Below are positions 54,263 to 64,000 of a DNA stretch of 64,000 nt, piece after piece. Positions within the stretch are counted from its first letter, which is position 1; each line of letters opens with the position of its first letter. The notes beneath the pieces are model-generated. The model worked only from the letters and a program-made list of their open reading frames with translations, did not search any database and was not told where the DNA came from. Both the position numbers and the translations under genes were made by a program. This DNA is from Octopus vulgaris (lineage: Eukaryota): assembly GCA_951406725.2 (NCBI GenBank), contig OX597814.1:189472001-189536000 (forward strand), read 5' to 3'.

Positions 54263-54672
54263 AAAGGCGGCGAGCTGGCAGAAACGTTAGCACGCCGGGC
54301 GAAATGCTTAGTGGTATTTCGCCTGCGGCTACGTTCTGAGTTCAAATTCCGCCGAGGTCGACTTTGCCTTTCATCCTTTCGGAGTCGATAAAATAAGTAC
54401 CAGTTACGCACTGTGTCGATGTAATCGACTTAATACCTATGTCTGTCCTTGTTTGTCCCCTCTATGTTTAGCCCCTTGTGGGTAATAAAGAAATAGGTAT
54501 TTCGTCTGCGGTTACGTTCTGAGTTCAAATTCTGCCGAGGTCGACTTTGCCTTTCATCCTTTCAGAGTCGATTAAATAAGTACCAGTTACGCACTGGGTC
54601 GATATAATCGCCTTAATCCGTTTGTCTGTCTTTGTTTGTCTTCTCTGTGTTTAGCCCCTTGTGGGTAGTAAA
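54263..54672 (+). mobile_element. SINE B tandem dimer
   Basis: Two units. Flanking direct repeat ATAGTTTGGTAAA. Confidence 0.9.
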
Positions 54673-55228
54673 GACAAAAAAAGAAGAAAAAAACATAGTT
54701 TGGTAAAAGAAATGTCACAGACATCACGAAAGCTGTAGACGTGAGCTTTGGCGATTTAAACACGAAAGAAACTCTTGAGCTAAACCAGACTCAGGGACTA
54801 ACTGGAGTTTATCGACCCTAGAGGAAGAAAAAGAAGATGTCTATTAAATCAGTATTCTTGAATTTAAATTCTAGCTAATTCTGGTATTCAAAAATAATAC
54901 TTCAAAATAATAATTCATATTTAGTTTTCTTTATTTGAGTGCTGAGTAAAGATGATTTTCCGAGTCTTTCTTACCTCACTGAAGCCTTCAAATAATTTCA
55001 TAATACTAAAACTGCAACTAGCTGACAGCTCACGCACAGCAACCAATTGAATTGACAATAGTGAGCATTACCTGAAATGTCTGCTCTTAAGTTTGGTAAA
55101 ACAATTTCTCCATTCAGAAAAAATAAACTGACAAGTTTCTTAGTTTCATGTGTCTGAATGTCTGAGCACATTTCAGAAGCATTTTCTCAATTCACTATTT
55201 TTTCATAAAACTCAAATATGTCGGTATC

Positions 55229-55538
55229 TTTACTTTACTCGCGCTTTTCAAGCCTAGCCAGGCTCAAGGGCCCGGTTTCCCGGTTTCTATGCATATGCGT
55301 TCCCCCCAGCTGGACGAGACGCCAGTCCATCGCAGCGTTACTCAAGAAACAGGAAGAAAGAGTGAGAGAAAGTTAGGGCGAAAGAGTACAATAGAAGTCG
55401 TCACCAGCCCCTGCCGGAGAACCGTGGAGCTTTATGTGTTTTCGCTCAATAAACACACGCAACGCCCGATCTGGGAATCGAAACCGCGATCCTCCGACCG
55501 CGAGTCCGCTGCCCTAACCACTGAGTCATTGCGCCTCC
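55229..55538 (-). mobile_element. tRNA-derived SINE (C head/body, alternative tail)
   Basis: Head and body match 12620-12894; tail matches 50815-51061. Confidence 0.85.
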
Positions 55539-55793
55539 ACATATGTCGATATCAGCGCTATGAAACTCATAAGGTTTGAGACTGTTTTGCTTTAAAACTG
55601 ACTACAGTAGAAATTTTTGGTTGTTTTCGAATTTAGTCATGACCAAAAGTAAAACAATTTTTTCTTCTTCAGAAATAAACAATCATATGAACCCCAAACT
55701 TTTCCAAATTTCTTCCCAACATTTCTTAATTCTTCATTCACTCGTTGATTGCATTTCTGTGATAACAAATAGCCCTTTAATATTTTGAAAATA

Positions 55794-56323
55794 TTGGGTT
55801 GTCCGGAAAGTTCGTGCCGATTTATAGTAGCTTACTTTTCGACTTATTTTAGAACATGGTTGAGTTCATAAAATAGGATTTGACTACACCTCCATTAAGT
55901 GCACAGTTTAAGCTATCTTTTCGTGTTAACCCTTTAAAATGGAAGATAAGAAAGTTCATTTTCGGTACTTGATGCTTTGGGAACCACACAAAAATTGCTG
56001 CAGCTCGGCTGGGATGTGTTACCCCACCCTCCATATTCACCAGATATTGCTCCTCCGGATTTCTACTTATTCAGGTCTCTGCAGAATAATCTTAATGGTA
56101 AAAATTTCAATTCCTTCGTTGACGTAAAAAGATACCTTTATGAATTTTTTGCCATGAAACCACCTCAATTCTGGGAAGAGGGTATTTTCAAGTTAAAGGA
56201 AAGATGGAGACGCATTGTGCAAAAAAATGGTTCATATTTGGTTGATCAAAAATGTAATGGCAAGTATTTATTAACCTTTTTTCTTTCTTTTAAAAATCGG
56301 CACGAACTTTCCGTACAACGCAA
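55794..56323 (+). mobile_element. internally deleted mariner element (mellifera-like)
   Basis: Same TIRs as 46561 and TA TSD. MEDKKVHFRYLMLW is fused to WDVLPHPPYSPDIAPPDFYLFRSLQN...KLKERWRRIVQKNGSYL (mariner YSPDLAP.D motif). Confidence 0.93.
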
Positions 56324-57592
56324 TACTTTGAAGTTAATGTTACAATTTCTGTCGATAGAACATCTGATAAAATTTATCTTTGATATTTTATCAAGCTCAA
56401 AGAAACCTAATTCATTACTCTGAATAGCACCTGGAAAGGACTGTACTGTGTTACTCTGTTTTTCGCAGTTTCAATATATTCTTTTACTTTGAAAACACAT
56501 CTGGTACTCTAGAGTCATGTAATTCTCCTTCACAAACCATGGACCCAGAGAAGCTGGGTTTCAATAATTTTTGATGTAGTAAATGCTTCTGAAGTAAAAC
56601 CGGATTATATAAAATATATCATAAAAAAACTCACTTCATTTATTTTATCTTCTTGTATTTTACCCTTCTGCACCGCATAACTTCGTTCTCTACATTAGAT
56701 GTTCGCTTCATGGTCAACCCTTCTAAATAAACACATACACTATGTGTCTCTGTGTGTGTTTGTGTTTGTGTGTTTGCGTGCGCGCATGCCTGTCTGAATG
56801 TGTGTGTGTGTTGGTGAAGGTGTCTTTCTTTTGCTTGGCCATTAGACAAAACTTGTATATGAATGAATTGGAGGTGTTGAAATACTGAGATTTTCTATAC
56901 TGGCATTTAATATAAGATATTTTGCAACACCGGTATTTAAATAACATTTTCCATCTTTTACTTTAGTAAACGAAATCATAAGAAAAAGACGAAGTTATAC
57001 CAACAAGCTTTCGCAATATATTTTAATTTTTAATAATTTCTCAGAATTATAAATGCGTCTCAAATTTTTTAAAAATACAAAAAATATAAATTAATGAAAT
57101 ATTTTCCGTTTCAAATAAAATTAAAGAAAAATATTTAAATCTAATACAATAAACATTTTTTTGTTGTTTCTTTTTGAACAAAATAAATGGGAAATTCTTT
57201 AAAGAAACACAAACTATTAAGCATTATTATTCAACTTTAAAAATATAACTGGTGTAGTTTCTGATACATTTCATTGCAGTGTTGTGAGGTAAAATTGCAA
57301 TACTAAGCACATTTTTTATCCTACAATTTTTCATGGTGATTATATAAGATTTTTTTCTCTCGAATATATGGTTATATATTTAAAATTAAAACGTCAAAAT
57401 GGTAAATGTAGACCATTTGGAAATTCTCTTATTTCTTCTGCAAAATCATGCAATTCTTTGGAGAGAGCAGTTATACCGAATTAAAATAGTTCTTTGTCAT
57501 CAGAAATATGTTGTGTCAAATAGTATATTTAGTTCTGCACAATAACATAAGTTCATCGAGCTTCAGGATGGCAATATAGATATTCGTGTTCT

Positions 57593-57630
<38 letters not shown>

Positions 57631-58664
57631 CGTTGCAGTAATTTCTTGCTGCAAGTTCTCGGTAGTCTTTACAGAATTATTTTTTAATCTTTCCCTTTCA
57701 ATCCTCGCCGCCTTTCAAAATAATCCCTCCCATTCCATATTTTCTTTACTCACAATTTTTTTCTATTTCTCTGTACTTAGAATACATTTTTTCTGTACGA
57801 TCCTTTGTTTATATTCTTCTCGTAATCATGTCTCCCTTTTTCAATAATCACGTGCTTTATATATCTTTACTAACCATTTGTTCTCCTTCTCTCTGCCTTC
57901 CTACCAACTCTTTCCCACTCAATTGCTTTTTTACCTATTTACTTTTCCACAAATTCTTTTACCACCTTTATCCATTTTGTAACTCTGCATCTACCTGTCT
58001 AACTATACCTTTCTCTCTATTCTTCATCCCCTCATTTCTCCTACTTCCACGTCTCCCTCTTAATTTTAACGCATTCACAGCTTACTCCACTCCACCCCAT
58101 TCATTCCCAATCAGTCACCTGCTTCCCACACCACTTACGCCCTCCTATGCTCGTCTCCTTACAAAGATACTCTCATTTATATACACACAACTCCTCGCAT
58201 CTTCCTCAATTCTTAACTGCTCCCCAAAGAGCTGCATTCCCACTCAGCCTCCAGCCGTTTGCCGGAAACGTCAAAGACACTTTTCCTTTTCCTTTTTCTT
58301 ACAAGTGTGAAACTAATAACACCTTTGTGAAAACTTATCCCTCCTGTGTTTTGATTTTGTTCAATCGAGATTTGCGTCTAAATGTTTATATAGGACTAAA
58401 TGTACTGACATATAGAGAGACTAAAGGGAGATTTCTCCAAGTGAATTCAATTATATATCACAACGATGGTTAAAAACATTTTTATCAAGATAATTTTTAT
58501 ATATTTTTTCGTATGAGATCCATAGAGTTTGTCAAGATCAGTTCAATTCTCTAATTTGTAATCATATTTCTCGATGAATTTGGGAGGCTCACTACTCCAG
58601 ATAGAGAGCACATACTCAAATAAAAAATCATGAACACAGTCGTGTTTTCAATAAATGGTATATG

Positions 58665-58727
<63 letters not shown>

Positions 58728-59481
58728 AAAAGCATACAAACATATACGTACATATGTATTTATGTGTGTGTACATACATACATATATACATACATACATA
58801 CACACACGCATACATAGATAATTATATACGTACGTGTGCGTATATTTGATTGTCTTTGTGAGTTTCGTTTCTGCTTCTCTGTCTATTCAGCTATAAATCT
58901 AGATGTCCATCTTAAGAATAATAGCTACATATTCTTTTATTCTAACAAAGCAGGAAGTGACGTTAATGCTGGATAATTATTTGGTTCTATTAATTTGCTT
59001 CAATTAACTATATTTCCAATAACCATGAAAGAAACAATAGCGGGAAAACTAACATTGTTTCGTTTAGATATACGTCCAGGCAATGTATCAACATTTTTAT
59101 AGTAATAGAACCACTTAAAACGTAGATTTCCTATCAATTGAAAATTGTTGTCAAATAGACATCATATTTCAAGGTCCGGTCAAACCACTGATCAAAGCAA
59201 TACACTTAAACTTGCAAGTTTGCTGTCTAATTATTTTTTCCCAAGGCTAATAGAGAAAATAAACTTTTAGAGGAAAAATTAATGAAAAAATAATGAAAAG
59301 ACCTTTTTAGTAATGAATAAAAGGCACCATGGATAACAAAAAATGATAAATCGATGATGGCGGGCAAAAAAAAAACAAAAACGAATATAGAACAGAGGAT
59401 ATAATGTATGTGTGTGTGTGTGTTTGTGTGTGTATTCATACATTTATATATATATATATACACATATATATATATACATAC

Positions 59482-59534
<53 letters not shown>

Positions 59535-59556
59535 CGTATTCATACACACACATATT

Positions 59557-59604
<48 letters not shown>

Positions 59605-59616
59605 CGTATACATACG

Positions 59617-59655
<39 letters not shown>

Positions 59656-60764
59656 GTTCACGATGGTTCACTCTCGTTATCAGTGTTTCGGAATCTGAAA
59701 TGCTACACATCTTAAAATGTTCAGTTTACATCTAAAATAGTCAAGTTAAAACTGAAATTTTTTTAATTAAATAAAAGTACCGAAAGAGAGCAAAAAAACA
59801 AAACAAAAACATCACAAACTAAACACTATATAAAGTAAATGATTCATAAGAGGAAGCATTTGTTACCGTTTCAATGTTGTCTTGTATTGGTGACAAAAGA
59901 AAATTTACAAAACTCATTTTGAATTAATAAAACGGTAATACGAGTCTAATGTCTTGTTTTGCAGTAAGTTTGAACCGCATGAAATTTAGTACGTTCAGCT
60001 GTTACTACTCAGAATAAAACAAAAACTGATAGACAGAAATATTAATTAGCCGAGTCGCCGTAATCTTCTATCAGATACACTTACTTTACTTATATTTGTA
60101 AACGTTTGCTTACTTTTATTATTTCGTTATTAATTTATTTTCATTTTATTTATTTCTATATCGCTCCTTTTTGGGAGACATTTTTTTTTATTATTTCTAT
60201 TTTCACTTGCATCCATCTAAGTAGAGTTCTTTGTGTATTTCTTTCCTATTCGCATGCGTCTATGCAAGGTTTCTTTCACTGTGTATTAACACGTACGCAT
60301 CTTTGTGTCATTGTTGTACGTACGCATACACATTCATTACATGAACTTGGGTGTGTTTATACAGATATTGTACATGTTCAATGCACCTTCCTTTGTGCAT
60401 GCATGTGTATGTCTGTATTCACTTCCATATAAGAGCTTCAACTAAGACGTACATTTGCAAGAATACAGCTTGTTAATTTACTCGAAAGTTCCTTGTTCCT
60501 TGTTGAATTATTTTTACTTACTAATAAATGAAGTAAGATATCACTTCGTTAAGATACGGAGTATAGCCCTACGGGCAAGGATCATATCGAGTCAAAGACA
60601 ACTGCACTAGTTTTACGTAAGAGTAAAAAGAGACGAAACATCCAATTATAACTAACTTCATCATACACCATTACTTCTACCCAGTTATCTCTGTTCTTTT
60701 TCGTCATTCTAACTCTTTGACACATTATCTCTAATTGACTTTCTCTTTCTCAACACCAATCTAC

Positions 60765-60809
<45 letters not shown>

Positions 60810-61983
60810 CATAAATTATATATATATCGACATATATAAATTATATATATATATATGTATATATATGTATACATACACACACAAATATATGTGTATATAT
60901 ATATTTGTATGTGTGTGTATATATGTATATATGTATATATATATATATATATATAGACATACATATATATGTATATATATAGACATACACATATATGTAT
61001 ATATATATATACATATATATGTATATATGTATATATATATACATACATATATATATATGTATATATGTATATATGTATATATATATATGTATATATATAT
61101 TGTGTATACACACATGTGTGCGTGCCAATTTCCACATCTAACTAATTTTCTCACTGTATATATATACATTTACGTACGCATGTTTGTATATATATGTATA
61201 TACGTATATATGTATATTGCACATATATCAGTGTGTGCGTGTGTGTGTCTGTGTGTGTGTATGTATACATAGATAGATGTGTGTATGTGTGTTGGTGGTT
61301 ATATCCATCTTTCTATGTCATCCTTTTCGTTTATAGGATCTTTTGATTTAAACGTTCCACAAGAATAGCGTTTTAAAAACCCGCTCGTACGTCTGCTATA
61401 CCTGTATTTTTCAATTTTCTCACTTCGTTAGTAATACTCTTCAATAAAATTAAGAACACATAGCAGAATTTCTAATTTTACTACTGATTTCAACTACGAG
61501 ACTCTTGATTACAACATCAAATATGAATCTAAAAGAGAAATGGAAAAAAAAACCTGTTAATTGTATAACCCCGATGATGCAGTTAATTTTTTTCTTCTAT
61601 TTTTTTTGTTCTTTCTTTATACTGCTGATGAAATATTTCCTTTTAATCCAAAATAAAATTTCGAAATAATGAATTTCTAAAAGCGAATGGTAAAACATCT
61701 AGAAGCCTAAAAAAAGACGCCCTGCTCGAAGCCATTAACTAAAAGAAGTATTAGGGATTAATATATTGCTCCAATGACCTAGTTATGCATTAAACCTCTC
61801 ATAGCTTTCATAGCTTGGCTGGTAAAATATGTTACCAATTGTTATGGTTACACATTGCGTAGCCAAGCTTTATTGTTTTTGATCATAACGATCAATCAGA
61901 AAGTAATTATAAATATTCTAATTATGGCCTTAGTAATATTACTGCATCTCCAGAAATATTGTCATGCATATATATATATATAC

Positions 61984-62070
<87 letters not shown>

Positions 62071-62085
62071 ATATATTGCTCTCAA

Positions 62086-62165
<80 letters not shown>

Positions 62166-62185
62166 GGCGCAAGAGTAGCTTTATA

Positions 62186-62780
62186 GGCGCAGGAGCGGCT
62201 GTGTGGTAACTGGCTTGCTTACCAACCACATGGTTCTGGGTTCATTCCCATTACGTAGCACCTTGGGCAAGTGTCTTCCACTATAGCCTCGGGCCGACCA
62301 AAGCCTTGTGAGTGGATTTGGTAGACAGAAACTGAAAGAAGCCCGTCGTATATACTCTTTACTCTTTTACTTGTTTCAGTCAAGTGAGTGTTGCCATGCT
62401 GGAACACCGTCTTTAGTCGAGCAAATCGAGCCCAGGAATTATTCTTTGTATGCCTAGTACTTATTCTATCGGTCAATTTTGCCGAACCGCTAAGGTACGG
62501 TGATGTAAACACACTAGCATAGGTTGTCAAGCGACGTTGGGGGAGGGGGGCAAATACAAATACACAGACATATACACGCACATACATATATATGTATACA
62601 TATATACAACGGCCTTCTTTTAGCTTCCGTCTACCAAATCCACTCACAAGGCTTTGGTCGGCCGATACTATAGTAGAAGACACTTGCCCAAGCTGCCACA
62701 CAGTGGGACTGAACCCAGAACCATGTGGTTCGTAAGCAAGTTGCTTTCCACACAGCCACTCCTACGCCTATATATGTAGG

Positions 62781-62821
<41 letters not shown>

Positions 62822-63030
62822 ATGTTTGTGTGTCTGTTTGCCTAACGAACGTCGCTTGACAACCGACGGGGGACGGGGCGTCCCCGTAACTTAGCTGTTC
62901 GGCAAAAGAAACCGATAGAGTAAGTACTAGGCTTACAAAGAATGTCCTGGGGTTGATTTGCTCGACTAAAGGCGGTGTTCCAGCATGGCCGCAGTCAAAT
63001 GACTGAAACAAGTAAAATATAGAATAAAAG
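62186..63030. mobile_element. SINE A (+) with an antisense SINE A (62354-62768) nested in its internal microsatellite
   Basis: Outer head 62186-62353, complete inverted copy, outer tail 62769-63030. Confidence 0.92.
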
Positions 63031-63033
63031 TAT

Positions 63034-63100
<67 letters not shown>

Positions 63101-63844
63101 AACAGACAGACAGACAGACAGATAGATAGATAGATAGAGAGACAGAGAGAGAAAGTGGGAGAGAGAGAGAAAAGTGGGAGAGAGAGATGAATGTATGTGT
63201 GTATAAGGGAGAAGCGAGAATGTTGAGGAGTAGATCGGTATGTATATGTATGTATGTATGCATGACAAATAGACGGACAAACAGACAGACAGATAGTTAA
63301 ACGGACAGTCAGACAGGCGGACAGGTGGGTGGGTAGGCAGGTAGGTAGGAAGGGAGCTAGGTTGGTAGCTAGGTGGATAGGTAGGTAAGTCATGGGAAAG
63401 TAGATATAAGCAAAGAAATCAGGGTGGTAAAAAAGGACCACAATTTAGACAGAATAAATATTGATAAAAAATTACGAGAGAAATAAAGCCTTTTTATATT
63501 TTTTCCACCATTTTCTTTCAATTCTTTAAGTAAGAAAAAGTGGGAGACACAGGAATTATAGGAGACCTGCCACACAGAGCTACATAAATTGGCCCTAATA
63601 TTAAAAAAATATCATCATCAGGTTTTTATTGATGAAGTTCTGTGTTCATTTTTGGCTGTCTGTGACGGCGAAACTGGTGAGAGAGAAAATATTTATAAGA
63701 AACGGGTTAGGCGTAACATTAGAGGTATAATTAATGTCAACAAGGGAAAAGTGAGAGAGAGAGAAAGAATAGACAAGTGTGGCTATATAGATACACAATT
63801 CGGAACAGTGCAGCTGGTCTGTGTGTATATAATACACACACACA

Positions 63845-63910
<66 letters not shown>

Positions 63911-63922
63911 TAGCTAGCTAGT

Positions 63923-63956
<34 letters not shown>

Positions 63957-64000
63957 CATACATACATACATACACACGCACACACACATATGTATATACT

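Noticed and set aside
57700-58310. 160-aa ORF in pyrimidine-rich tract
   Set aside because: Compositional artefact (few stops in C/T-rich DNA), probably the antisense of an old retroelement; no motifs.
61625-61668. Hammerhead-like CTGATGA...CGAAA (similar partial motifs at 14889 and 34007-34045)
   Set aside because: Stem II closing pair and stems I/III could not be formed convincingly; at most decayed relics.

Overview
AT-rich, microsatellite-saturated eukaryotic DNA. It is most likely a cephalopod (Octopus-type) genome, inferred from the SINE families and the extreme (TA)n/(CA)n/(GATA)n density. No intact protein-coding gene is visible, and nearly all ORFs in the supplied track are translated simple repeats or SINEs. 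The window holds several tRNA-derived SINE families, which I label A-D. It also holds fragments of CR1-, RTE-, I-group- and Dong/R4-like LINEs, two internally deleted mariner elements, a Tc1 remnant, two non-autonomous Helitrons, a short solo LTR and several Penelope-like inverted-repeat elements. A probable minus-strand promoter plus first exon lies at ~7.1-8.1 kb. The main leads are: (1) a SINE family (B) that repeatedly inserts into a fixed site of its own older copies and builds tandem arrays; (2) a ~590-bp fold-back palindrome with a duplicated hairpin core; (3) a (CGTT)6 repeat that sets the reading frame of the ATGs in the putative first exon; (4) a covarying 3' stem-loop shared by SINE A and CR1-like LINEs. 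Family names come from motif recognition only; no searches were run.
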